Assembly (NCBI GenBank): GCA_016935525.1
Contig: JAFGQU010000023.1
Location: 897-64,896 of the forward strand
Source: Candidatus Omnitrophota bacterium
GTDB taxonomy: Bacteria; Omnitrophota; Gorgyraeia; Duberdicusellales; 4484-171
Length of the DNA stretch: 64,000 nucleotides
Reading direction: 5' to 3'
A program made the position numbers and the translations under genes. Positions 38,169 to 47,551 of the stretch are shown piece after piece (position 1 is the first letter of the stretch; each line of letters starts with the position of its first letter). The notes under the pieces are model-generated. The model ran no database searches and was not told the DNA's origin. It worked only from the letters and a program-made list of their open reading frames with translations.

Positions 38169-38993
38169 TCATCTTTTTTGAGAAAGCCGCGCCAGGTAGG
38201 TAACCAGAGCCTTTTTATATCTCGCCGGGTCCTGTAAAAAACCCAGATCATGCCCTCCGCTTATCTCGACAAACTCTTTAGGTCCCCGGACCGCGTCATA
38301 GAGTTTTCTGCCGAACGCAAACGGTACGGCTTCGTCTTCGCGGCTGTGAAGAAACAAGACCGGCATATCTATTTTTTTGATCTTGGCAAGTGAATCGAAC
38401 ATATCCGCGAACAGGACCTTAGGGATAAACGGATACATCACTTGCGCCATATCCCGGCCTGAGGAGAACGAGCTTTCGACGATAAGGCCGGCCGCGTCCA
38501 CTTTTTGAGCCAGATCAACGGCGACCGCGCCGCCCAGAGATGTCCCGTGAATAACGATTCTTTTTTCGGGAATATTCAATGCGCCCGTTACATAACGATA
38601 CGCATATTCTGCGTCCTGATAGACTCCTCCCTCGGTAGGAACACCCTGGCTCCTCCCGTATCCGCGATAATCAAACAGAAATACGTTGACGCCCGCCTCA
38701 TGTAAAATTTTTATCTTATCCAGCCGATGCGAGATATTACCGGCATTTCCATGACAAAGGAAAAAAGTATACTCAGCGCCCGGACACCGGATAAACCATC
38801 CCTGTAAAAGGAGGCCGTTTTCACTCGTGAAGGTATGTTCACGGTAAGGAAGGTCGAATGCTGCGGGAGTACCGGTGATTTCCCGGTCGGGGAAGAAAAC
38901 ACTATGATGTTCGAGATGCTTTATATAGACGACCAAAAGTATCGCCAAAAGCAACCCATACCCTAAGATCCTTATGATCACGGAATATACCAT
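38169..38993 (-). CDS. Alpha/beta hydrolase (ABHD13/BEM46-like)
   Basis: HGNAGNI, DYRGYG, GTSLGG nucleophile, DEAVP, GGH. Confidence 0.9.
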   Translation of the reverse strand: MVYSVIIRILGYGLLLAILLVVYIKHLEHHSVFFPDREITGTPAAFDLPYREHTFTSENGLLLQGWFIRCPGAEYTFFLCHGNAGNISHRLDKIKILHEAGVNVFLFDYRGYGRSQGVPTEGGVYQDAEYAYRYVTGALNIPEKRIVIHGTSLGGAVAVDLAQKVDAAGLIVESSFSSGRDMAQVMYPFIPKVLFADMFDSLAKIKKIDMPVLFLHSREDEAVPFAFGRKLYDAVRGPKEFVEISGGHDLGFLQDPARYKKALVTYLARLSQKR

Positions 38994-38998
38994 TATTG

Positions 38999-39270
38999 GA
39001 GAAATGTTTTACGACAGGTTGAAATAACCAATAACCAATAATCAAACAAAGGACCCTGTCTCCGTTTCCCCTAGGAATCGTCTTTCCCTTAGGCAGGCGA
39101 TCCCAGGGACTTGAGCCCCGGGAATTCTCCGAATTCCATGGGGGGGTATTGAGATTTGGTGATTGGTCATTATTTGGTTATTGTATCTTGGGATTTGGTG
39201 ATTTATTCAATAAACGTTGCAGAAAACCGTTCAACAATAAGAGCTTCGTCACCGTTTCCGATTCACATAG
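38999..39270. repeat. Mosaic repeat: TAACCAA heptamer inverted repeat with nested hairpins, inside a GCTTCGTCACC element
   Basis: TAACCAA TAACCAA TAATCAA ... TTGGTGATTGGTCATTATTTGGTTATT; flanks resemble 25405-25535. Confidence 0.7.
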
Positions 39271-39278
39271 AATAGCGA

Positions 39279-40418
39279 TCATTCAAAGTCGGCATATATC
39301 TGCCCGATATCGATACCAGAGATGACCTGTGATTTATATTTCTCCGCAAGCGAGTATTTCGAATGGAGAAATATTTCGTTTTCTATCCCGTTTTTAAGCG
39401 CCAAATACACTTCGATAAAAGCCGAAAGGTCATCGACGGCTTTGACCAACTTCCCGTCACGTTCGACGCCGCCGCCGGGAGTGACTTTATCGCTGTATTC
39501 GTTTTCGGTAAACGATCTCATCTGCGCGTGCCATCCGTTCGGTAACAGTTTGTATATTTTCGTTTCCATCTCTTCTTTCTCGTAGTCTTTGATCAGTTCG
39601 TCGATCCCTTCGACCGATTTTTTTACCGGATTGATGATATCCCGGGTCAATACTTCCGGCAGGTCATGGAACAGGCCGGTAAAATAGTTATTGATCGCCC
39701 GGGAACATGCCGCCTGTTTCTGTAAGGAGAAAAGGTAGGAGACGATAGCAATGATCAGCATATGCCCCAATACCGACGTCTTCGGCACCCTCCAGACATG
39801 CCCCCAGCGCAACTGAAACCTCAGTTGCCCGCAGACGTCCACGAATTCACCAAGCGCGTCGTCTTTCAGCAACCGCTGCATACTGGAAAGGTCGCCATAT
39901 TTTTCCTGTTTGGCAAGCAGGTCGTTTTTTATCTCTTCAATCGCATACCCTTGAGGGTTTGCCCGTTCAATGATATTAAATTCCCACTTAGTGGCGTAAA
40001 AATGAGCGGCACTGATGATCCGGCGGTTCACATTCCGTTCGGTATCTAACAGGTACGATTTGAATCTCAGACAGAATCCCTCCCCCAATGGCGAGATGAC
40101 CGGGTATAACTTTTTGTATACCCACTCATTCAGGTCTTCGTACTTTTTCCGGTTTTCCTTTATACGGTGAAAGAGCGGCGGTTTAATATCGGTCAAAACC
40201 GTACGTTGAAGGAATTCGAATATCCCGCCTTCGACGATCTGGACCCAATCGAGCTTTTCGTTACCGGCGTCTTCTTCGCACCGGCCCAGCACATAGGCAA
40301 TGATCATCTTATGCGCCTGTTTATCAAGTTCGGTCAATTCGACCGGCCGGATCTGGTCATTCCACCGTTGCATACTTGCCGCGTCGAATATTTTTAAAAG
40401 GAGCGCTTTTCTTACCAT
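39279..40418 (-). CDS. HD-domain protein with two YfbR-like halves
   Basis: First half MQRWND..KQAH lacks HD; second half RW...SVLGH...LFHDLPE.LTRDI. Confidence 0.8.
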   Translation of the reverse strand: MVRKALLLKIFDAASMQRWNDQIRPVELTELDKQAHKMIIAYVLGRCEEDAGNEKLDWVQIVEGGIFEFLQRTVLTDIKPPLFHRIKENRKKYEDLNEWVYKKLYPVISPLGEGFCLRFKSYLLDTERNVNRRIISAAHFYATKWEFNIIERANPQGYAIEEIKNDLLAKQEKYGDLSSMQRLLKDDALGEFVDVCGQLRFQLRWGHVWRVPKTSVLGHMLIIAIVSYLFSLQKQAACSRAINNYFTGLFHDLPEVLTRDIINPVKKSVEGIDELIKDYEKEEMETKIYKLLPNGWHAQMRSFTENEYSDKVTPGGGVERDGKLVKAVDDLSAFIEVYLALKNGIENEIFLHSKYSLAEKYKSQVISGIDIGQIYADFE

Positions 40419-40445
40419 TACCTCAGCATTTTTTTATGGATATTT

Positions 40446-40793
40446 TTATTTTTTGTTCTCAGACAGCACATCAAGAAGATAAGATATGATCTGGCTGCGA
40501 TGTTCCGATGCGACTCTGATAAATTTTACGCCGACAAGGAACCGGAAATCTTTTTCCCGGCGCCAGCGGCACCATACCACTCGCCCGACGACCACGACCG
40601 GTTTTTTGAATTCGGAAAGAGCTATCTTAAGTTCAAGGATCGTCCCGGGCTCAAGCTTTTGGAATGCCGGCAGACGCACCCCGCCCTCACTGATATCGTG
40701 GGTAAGCGAGGCGGTCTTAAGTGCTCCTTTAAGTATACGGTATTTCAGCTTTACCGTATCCCCTACTCTGACATAACGTCTTCTTTCGGCCAT
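40446..40793 (-). CDS. PilZ domain protein
   Basis: ERRRYVR (RxxxR), DISEGG, GRVVW, VGVKF. Confidence 0.92.
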   Translation of the reverse strand: MAERRRYVRVGDTVKLKYRILKGALKTASLTHDISEGGVRLPAFQKLEPGTILELKIALSEFKKPVVVVGRVVWCRWRREKDFRFLVGVKFIRVASEHRSQIISYLLDVLSENKK

Positions 40794-40830
40794 AGAATAC
40801 TATCCCGCAAGTACCTGAAGAATCGATCGG

Positions 40831-41286
40831 CTATTCCACGACGATCGCCGCGATATCTTCACGTATCGGTTTTAATGCGATCTTTAAGCGCCCGTTATCC
40901 GTCCGGATGACGAAAAATTTGATCTCGGAAAGCCAGCGATACACGGTGGCAACCCCCCGGTCAGTCAAAGGGATCTCCCCGAAATCGTCGGGATTTATGA
41001 ATTGGGGACACTTTTCTCTATCGATCTCGGCCATATAGACCCGTCCTTCGTTGGTCTTAAAATAATACCGGTCACCGGCGGCATCAAGCCTTATCGCGCG
41101 GTTGCTGTTATTGGTAAGCGAGAGACGAAAATAATATTCCGAATAACCTGCCCCCCGGTCGCCGTAGCCGTAGCTTAAGAAAGCTTTCACCTGGCCTTTC
41201 GTCCCCATCATGATCAATTCTTCTCTTGAATACGCACACGGCACAGCGAATAAAAGACAAAAAATGAAAACAAATATTTTTTTCAT
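40831..41286 (-). CDS. Secreted hypothetical protein
   Basis: GGAGGAGAGG RBS; signal peptide; 151 aa. Confidence 0.7.
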   Translation of the reverse strand: MKKIFVFIFCLLFAVPCAYSREELIMMGTKGQVKAFLSYGYGDRGAGYSEYYFRLSLTNNSNRAIRLDAAGDRYYFKTNEGRVYMAEIDREKCPQFINPDDFGEIPLTDRGVATVYRWLSEIKFFVIRTDNGRLKIALKPIREDIAAIVVE

Positions 41287-41394
41287 ACGGTCCTCTCCTC
41301 CGGTTTTTCATAATTTTTTATACCGCACCACAATGATACACCGGGTCATATATTTCGTCAACAGAAAGTGACACAGACACCTGCAGGCCAGACA

Positions 41395-41660
41395 GTCACA
41401 CGACACATCCCGCACCGACATTTACGTATCTAGCGGGACCCCGCTGTATAAAAATATTACGGAGCGGGGCGTCACATAGTCACACGTCTAAGATACATAA
41501 TCAATACAAAATGAGCATTTAGCAATTAGCAATTTAAAATCAGAGATTCCTCTTGTTTTTATCATTGTGAACTGCTAATTGTTAATTGAACATTGCTAAT
41601 TTCCTATTCCCCTAATCGCTATCTGCGATCATCAGGTTACCATCTGTGATCATCTGTGTA
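41395..41660. repeat. Mosaic intergenic repeat (GTCAC module with nested CCCGC hairpins, AATTGCT inverted repeat, ATCTGTG repeats)
   Basis: Colinear with 6054-6210 apart from a ~60 bp insertion at 41408-41469. Confidence 0.88.
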
Positions 41661-41775
41661 AGCCCAAAGGGATCGGAAACGTTTACATAAAAATCCGGCG
41701 ATGGCCTTGAAAGGTTATCCCGCGATAGGTTATAAATGAATTGAAATAGGTACCTGCAGCCACAGAAGAGGTCCT

Positions 41776-41818
41776 AAAATAAAAGGAGGGAAATAAAAAA
41801 TCCCTCCTTTATTTTTTT
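41776..41818. terminator. Bidirectional intrinsic terminator
   Basis: AAAATAAAAGGAGGGA / TCCCTCCTTTATTTTTTT. Confidence 0.75.
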
Positions 41819-41960
41819 ATCTTTTTCCGGAAGGTTCGCGGGGATATTCTCATAACCCAGGATGGCAAGGGGAGAAGGTCACGCTACATCACTATAGCGT
41901 ATCGGGCGGGGTCGCATTGCAAGAAGAACAATCGGGGCATCAGTTAAAAAATAAATATTT

Positions 41961-42188
41961 TTACGCGAGTCCGGTAATTGTTCTTTTTCTTATTTTACCA
42001 TGGATGATTCTTGCCGTCTCCGGACTGATATCTTCCCAGAAACCGGAAACCGTACGTCGTTTCACGCGTCCGTCATGATGGATAAAGAACGCGTATTCAT
42101 AGAAACTGTTTACGTACTTGGCATAGACAAGTAACCCTCCACGGATAGGGCGTACTTCACTGACTTTTAGATTATCCAAGGTATACAT
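41961..42188 (-). CDS. Small hypothetical protein
   Basis: GAGGGGG RBS before ATG; 75 aa. Confidence 0.6.
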   Translation of the reverse strand: MYTLDNLKVSEVRPIRGGLLVYAKYVNSFYEYAFFIHHDGRVKRRTVSGFWEDISPETARIIHGKIRKRTITGLA

Positions 42189-42285
42189 TCATCCCCCCTC
42201 TCGACCTTAGGTTCTCTTTAGAACGAAAACGATAATTTTACACACCTGCGTCTCAAAGAACGTATCGATTCGATAAGCCTTCGGC

Positions 42286-42561
42286 TTATTTCACCCGCCG
42301 GTCTTTCAGGCGGTAGACCAATAACCCCGCGATAAGGATAAGCGGGATGATATATATTAAAAAATGAAAGACAAAAGTAGTCACTACCTGAAATATCGAA
42401 AGGCTCAACAACGCGTCTATTCCCGAAAGAAACGTATCCGGCTCTTTTAATCCCCAGAACCGCCAGCTTCCGAAAAGGTCATACCGTATCGCGTACCATA
42501 CCCATACGATACAGATGGCGACCAAAGTACCCCATATTACTTTACTCTGTTTCCTGTTCAT
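42286..42561 (-). CDS. Small 2-TM hypothetical membrane protein
   Basis: GAGG RBS before ATG 42561 (MNRKQ); two hydrophobic helices. Confidence 0.65.
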   Translation of the reverse strand: MNRKQSKVIWGTLVAICIVWVWYAIRYDLFGSWRFWGLKEPDTFLSGIDALLSLSIFQVVTTFVFHFLIYIIPLILIAGLLVYRLKDRRVK

Positions 42562-42649
42562 GACTTCATCCTCTAATACTATCATTCTATTAGCTTTTGA
42601 ATTAAAAAGAAAGCATAATCTTGTAAACCCGGTATTTTCTCCTCTATAC

Positions 42650-45082
42650 TCATCCATGGAGCACATTTTCTTCTTTAGCGATGACCTGTAAAAACCGATC
42701 GACGATCTCAGGATCAAACTGCGTACCGGCTCCTTCTCTGATTATATTCAAAGCGTCTTGGTGAGAAAACGCCTTCCGGTAAGCGCGGTCGGAAATAAGC
42801 GCATGGTACACATCGGCGACGGCGATTATCCGCGCCCCGACAGGGATATCTTCTCCGCTCAATCCATGAGGATACCCGGTCCCGTCCCACCATTCATGAT
42901 GATGAAGGATAGACGGTATGAGATCATGCAAATACTGTATCGGACGGATGATATCGACCGCTATATTGGGATGTTTTTTTATCTCATCGTATTCTTTCCT
43001 GGTGAGCGCGGATTTTTTAAGAAGGATCTTCTCGCTGATACCGATCTTACCCAGATCGTGAAGGATCGCCGCCTGTTTTATACATTCGACTTCCTCTTTA
43101 GGCAGATTCAAGCTATGGGCGATCTCGGCGACATAATGTTCGGTATTTTCGGTATGCGTGCCGGTATAGTGGTCTTTCACTTTAATGGTCTTGGCAAAAG
43201 CGAATACCGCCTCGATCAGGCTCTGGTTCGCCCGTTTATTCAGCCGGTTGATCTTTTCCTGCAAAAAGGAGATATCGTTAAACGCGTTCACCTGGCCAGA
43301 TAAGTTCAACCGGCGGTCTGTATATAAGTCTCCGGAAGTATAGATACGATTGCCGCCGTCTTCTTTTACTTTATTCAGGATACGGTCGACTGATTTAAAC
43401 AGATCCATCGGTTCAAACGCCCCGTCTTCGGGATACGATACGATGGCGCTGCTCAGTTTTAATTTCACTTTGATTTTATGGTTCCCGAAATCATATAAAT
43501 GGATATGATCGAATATCCTTTGTACAAGCTTTAGCGCGGTCACCCGGTCGGTCCCCGGCGAAATAATGATGAATTCTTCGCCGCCGAAACGCACCGCGCT
43601 GTCGTAGCGGCGGACTTTCTTTTTTAATACCCGGGCAAACTGCCTGAGCACCAGATCGCCGAATTGATGGCCGTAGACATCGTTGATAGATTTGAAATAA
43701 TCCAGGTCTATCATGATGATCGAAAGCGGATGATGCGATCTTTTCGCGCGATAGAATTCCCGAATGAGCACTTCTTCGAAATAACGATGATTATACAATC
43801 TGGTCTGAGAATCGATGAGCGATAACCGGTGAAGTCGCTTATTCGACTTGACGAGTTGACGGTTCAATAATTCCCGTTCCTCCTCGATCCGTTTACGCTG
43901 GCTGATATTACGCACGTATTCGACGACTCCCCGAGACCGGCCTTGATTATCTACAATCGGGAACGCATACAGTTCAAGCGTCCCGGTTATCCCGTCAGGC
44001 TGGGTGAGCGGGACTTCATACATCTCCAGTTTATTCGTACGCAACGCTTTCAGTGTAGGGCAACGGGAACAGGCTTTTTTTCGACCGTGATACGCTTCAT
44101 AACATTTCTTACCTTCTAAAGGCAAGGCATGAGCGTACCATCGTTTCATCGCTTCGTTCACCCGTACGATATTGAGCCCGGTATCAAGCACACTGATGCC
44201 GTCCTGGATACTGTCAAATACGGTACTCAAAAATTTATCGCGCTCGCGCAGGGTTTCCTGGGCCTTTTTACGCTGGCTGATATCACGGACAACGGCAAGG
44301 ATCCGTTTTTCATCGCCGCCGGTCACATATTTCAAGTTCACTTCCACCCAGAATTCTTTTCCCCAACGGTCTTTCGCCAGCCACTCGAATACCTGCGGGC
44401 CTTCCTTTATCGCCCGGCGTAACCACAGCTCTACTTCTTTCTGGGTATAGGGAGGCTTGTTGGCGCTGATATCGGCGACACTGAGCGTTACCGCCTCTTC
44501 ACGGGTAAATCCGTACAGCTCGATCATGCGGTCGTTGACATCGATTATCTTCCCGGTTTTGGGGTCATGGACAAAAATAGCGTCACTGGCCGAATTAAAT
44601 ATATTGTGGTAATTTTTTGCGGCAATCATAACCTTCTCTTCGGCAGCTTTGCGTTCGGTCACATCGCGGATGACCGCAAGGATAAAAGCCGATTTACCGG
44701 ATTTATCGGTGATTGCCGATGCGCTGATCTCCCCGATAAAAGTGCTTCCGTCTTTTCTTACCAGCTGATAAGGAAGGTCGCGGGTCTGGCCGTCGCGGAA
44801 TGTCCTCTGGATATTTTTGATCGCGCGGATCCTCTCTTTAGGAGCAAAAAACTGTAGACCGTGACGGCCGGTTACTTCTTCAAGTTTTTCGTATCCGTAT
44901 AATTTGAGAGCCTGGGAATTAGCCATCCGGACCTTGAGGTGGGCATCGGTAAGGACGATCGCATCCGGAGAGATCTTCACCAGAGCGCTGTAAAGGTCCA
45001 ATCCGTTATGCGGGATTTTCTGGGGATCATCACTATAACGGGAACTCTCATCCTTGAATCTAAATAACCGTTTAAATACCAT
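42650..45082 (-). CDS. PAS(x3)-GGDEF-HD-GYP c-di-GMP cyclase/phosphodiesterase
   Basis: Three PAS/PAC repeats (RDVTERK, RDISQRK, RNISQRK); RFGGEEF with RxxD I-site; HDLGK and HHEWWDGTGYP. Confidence 0.93.
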   Translation of the reverse strand: MVFKRLFRFKDESSRYSDDPQKIPHNGLDLYSALVKISPDAIVLTDAHLKVRMANSQALKLYGYEKLEEVTGRHGLQFFAPKERIRAIKNIQRTFRDGQTRDLPYQLVRKDGSTFIGEISASAITDKSGKSAFILAVIRDVTERKAAEEKVMIAAKNYHNIFNSASDAIFVHDPKTGKIIDVNDRMIELYGFTREEAVTLSVADISANKPPYTQKEVELWLRRAIKEGPQVFEWLAKDRWGKEFWVEVNLKYVTGGDEKRILAVVRDISQRKKAQETLRERDKFLSTVFDSIQDGISVLDTGLNIVRVNEAMKRWYAHALPLEGKKCYEAYHGRKKACSRCPTLKALRTNKLEMYEVPLTQPDGITGTLELYAFPIVDNQGRSRGVVEYVRNISQRKRIEEERELLNRQLVKSNKRLHRLSLIDSQTRLYNHRYFEEVLIREFYRAKRSHHPLSIIMIDLDYFKSINDVYGHQFGDLVLRQFARVLKKKVRRYDSAVRFGGEEFIIISPGTDRVTALKLVQRIFDHIHLYDFGNHKIKVKLKLSSAIVSYPEDGAFEPMDLFKSVDRILNKVKEDGGNRIYTSGDLYTDRRLNLSGQVNAFNDISFLQEKINRLNKRANQSLIEAVFAFAKTIKVKDHYTGTHTENTEHYVAEIAHSLNLPKEEVECIKQAAILHDLGKIGISEKILLKKSALTRKEYDEIKKHPNIAVDIIRPIQYLHDLIPSILHHHEWWDGTGYPHGLSGEDIPVGARIIAVADVYHALISDRAYRKAFSHQDALNIIREGAGTQFDPEIVDRFLQVIAKEENVLHG

Positions 45083-45100
45083 CTCCTCCTACCAGCCTTA

Positions 45101-45145
45101 AAAATATAAAGAGGTAGCCACCTCTTACCGTGGCTACCTCTTTTT
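45101..45145 (-). terminator. Terminator-like hairpin in the leader of the GGDEF/HD-GYP gene
   Basis: 14-bp perfect stem AAAGAGGTAGCCAC/GTGGCTACCTCTTT with T-rich tails on both strands. Confidence 0.7.
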
Positions 45146-45318
45146 ATCAACACTGTGGGGGATTTTCCCTCGATTTACCCCCTTTTTTAATGTAACATAT
45201 CCAGCCGGCACACGTCAAGGGCATGGCCATAAATTACTGGAATACAGTAGGTTATGAACAGAAAATTCTGGAAACGTTTCCAGGACTACCCATAAATCCC
45301 CGGTGAGAACACGCCCCA

Positions 45319-45651
45319 CTATCCGGCCGACTTTAATACTCTCAGTAATATACGTTGGTCGGCGGGAGATATCTTAATAAATTCTACTCCAACCATAAAG
45401 GGATGTTGTTCATTGGTGACCGGATAAGACCAGAGCACCTTGCCTGACGCGTCGATTGTAGCGTCCGAATCGAGGATATGGATCTGCATCTCGATGATCA
45501 CTCCGTCGGCTAAACGCTGCGGAATAGAGAAACTGATCCCTCCCTGACTGACGTTCTTACTTTTAGTCTCAGTACGCAGGAACCCTTTCTGGACTCTATA
45601 GGATATCCGTACGTTCTTATTGATCCTTACAAATCTGCGTCTTTCTTCCAT
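45319..45651 (-). CDS. PilZ domain protein
   Basis: ERRRFVR, NVSQGG, GKVLW, VGVEF. Confidence 0.92.
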   Translation of the reverse strand: MEERRRFVRINKNVRISYRVQKGFLRTETKSKNVSQGGISFSIPQRLADGVIIEMQIHILDSDATIDASGKVLWSYPVTNEQHPFMVGVEFIKISPADQRILLRVLKSAG

Positions 45652-45674
45652 ATTCTTTTAATTAAAGGGCACCT

Positions 45675-46256
45675 TCAGCCTTTAAGATTATCGGCATTTT
45701 CCTTGAGCATATTACAAAAAAGCCATCCCTGTTCGATCGCATCGTTTAAAGCGATATGACTTTTTGCTGATTCGTCAAACCAGTGTTTCGGCATACTGCT
45801 TTTGGTGATCGAGAGAAAAGGTTTTTTTAAAATAGCCATAGCATAGGTCTTGATATCCAGAGCGACAAAAGAAAACGGGTTTTCTCCGGTAAACTTGATC
45901 AGGTACCAGTTAATAAACATAAAGTCAAAAGATGCCGGGTATCCGACAAATACGGGTTTGGCGGGAAGATCTTTTAACCAGCGAAGATATTTTTTCATCG
46001 CGTCTTGAGGGGTTTCGGGATCACGGCGGGATTCTTCCCACGCGGTTTTCTGAGTTTCCCACCATTTCATCGTTTCGGGATCTTGCCGGGCGCCGGGTAA
46101 CGGCTGCAAGTTAACGGTAAACGTGGCGATTTTCTCTTTTTGAGCGGTAAATGCGGCCGAACCGAAACTGAGCATAGAGAATTCACCCGGTATCGGCCCG
46201 TCAGTCTCTATATCCGTACTTACATACACTTCTTTTTGCGGATTATTTTTTTGCAT
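45675..46256 (-). CDS. DEDDh 3'-5' exonuclease (RNase AS-like)
   Basis: [21 protein letters not shown]. Confidence 0.8.
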   Translation of the reverse strand: MQKNNPQKEVYVSTDIETDGPIPGEFSMLSFGSAAFTAQKEKIATFTVNLQPLPGARQDPETMKWWETQKTAWEESRRDPETPQDAMKKYLRWLKDLPAKPVFVGYPASFDFMFINWYLIKFTGENPFSFVALDIKTYAMAILKKPFLSITKSSMPKHWFDESAKSHIALNDAIEQGWLFCNMLKENADNLKG

Positions 46257-46277
46257 AGATAAAAAAGGAAAGGACTA

Positions 46278-46757
46278 TTACCAGTAAAGCTGTTGAAACT
46301 GCCGGGAATAACGGTTCACCCATTCAAAAGAAGCTTCTTCTATAGTTATGTCGTCACCGGACTGGATACTGCGCAGATCACGGTATTCACTGATCAAATA
46401 CATCTGCTCGATAAGGCGTACCCGGAACGCTTCCGAAGAAGTCTCAAAACTGACTCCGATATTATACAAGCCGCCCTTTTCACTCTCCGAACAATGGACC
46501 ACTTTGCCTTTGACATTATATACTTTATCCTCAAACGGCATTTTGATCATGATCAGAGAATCTATCTCTGCCGGATGTTTCGCAGAAAAGAGTAACCCGC
46601 CCCGGGAGATATTGCGGGTATGGACATTCCCCTGATGCAGGGCCTGAGAGGCGCCCCGTTTGATCACCCGGTAACTTAACGGGAAACACATCGGGTGACG
46701 GATAAACTGGCGGCGTTCACTGGTCTTTTTATGTTGTTTCATAGTATCCGGTTCCAT
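46278..46757 (-). CDS. PilZ domain protein with C-terminal helical extension
   Basis: ERRQFIRHP, NISRGG; tail FRVRLIEQMYLI..EAS.EW..RYS..FQ.LYW. Confidence 0.88.
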   Translation of the reverse strand: MEPDTMKQHKKTSERRQFIRHPMCFPLSYRVIKRGASQALHQGNVHTRNISRGGLLFSAKHPAEIDSLIMIKMPFEDKVYNVKGKVVHCSESEKGGLYNIGVSFETSSEAFRVRLIEQMYLISEYRDLRSIQSGDDITIEEASFEWVNRYSRQFQQLYW

Positions 46758-46823
46758 ATTTTTATATTCAATAATACTATCTCCTCCTCACTTGGTCAAG
46801 GGCCAAATTCACAAAGAAGATAT

Positions 46824-47360
46824 TTATTTTTTCTCATAGGTCCCGATAAGTTCGGTATAATCCAACACCGAATCTTCCATAGCTCTTAAAAGGTCCTCTT
46901 TACCGGCACCGACGGTAAGATCAAGTCTCTTATCGAGCGCATACAATTTGAAAAAATAACGGTGGCTTCCCGAAGGAGGACAAGGCCCGCCGTAACTGGT
47001 CCGTTTAAAATCGTTTATCCCTTGAATCCCCGGCACACTGTCCTCGGAGATCTTCTTAGTATCCGGCGGGATATTAAATACGACCCAATGGACCCAGGTC
47101 CCCATCGGGGCATCGGGATCATCGACGATCAAAACTAACGCTTTGGTCCGGGGCGGGATGTGTTCTATTTTAAGCGCGGGATTTATATCCTTCCCCTGAC
47201 AGGTAAACTTTCGCGGGATGACTTCGTTATGATTAAATTCAAGAGCGTGAAGCGTCATCGTCTCAGCCGGCTTTCTCGCATAAGAATATGACGAGAGCGA
47301 TAACACACACAGGGCCCCTACTATAATACGTATTTCTCTCTTGCCTAAAAAAGCGCCCAT
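46824..47360 (-). CDS. YbhB/YbcL (PEBP) family protein
   Basis: DDPDAP..TWVHWVVFNI, YGGPCPPSGSHRYFF. Confidence 0.93.
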   Translation of the reverse strand: MGAFLGKREIRIIVGALCVLSLSSYSYARKPAETMTLHALEFNHNEVIPRKFTCQGKDINPALKIEHIPPRTKALVLIVDDPDAPMGTWVHWVVFNIPPDTKKISEDSVPGIQGINDFKRTSYGGPCPPSGSHRYFFKLYALDKRLDLTVGAGKEDLLRAMEDSVLDYTELIGTYEKK

Positions 47361-47374
47361 CTTTTCTCCTTATC

Positions 47375-47515
47375 CTAATGCGTATGGTTTTCTAAAAGTT
47401 CCTGGATATCTTTCAACTCATGGTGTAATTCATCGAATTCCCGTCGTATCGAGAAATCACTACTGAATTGATTGATCAGGATCCCGATTAGAATAATCAA
47501 AATGATCCACGACAT
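47375..47515 (-). CDS. Small 46-aa single-TM protein (absent from the ORF track)
   Basis: AAGGGGG RBS; MSWIILIILIGILINQFSSDFSIRREFDELHHELKDIQELLENHTH; fills the gap between co-oriented genes. Confidence 0.6.
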   Translation of the reverse strand: MSWIILIILIGILINQFSSDFSIRREFDELHHELKDIQELLENHTH

Positions 47516-47551
47516 ATTACCCCCTTTTTGCGGCCCTTATTCCGAATCAGA

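Noticed and set aside
41755-41770. CACAG pentamer present in three promoter-terminator units (near 41761, 45152 and 52988)
   Set aside because: It is too short and sits in different structural positions, so it is consistent with chance.
42758-43303. Long antisense ORFs opposite real genes (e.g. 7248-7808, 9123-9683, 29663-30217, 42758-43303)
   Set aside because: They are shadow frames of well-supported genes, with no independent motifs or RBS.
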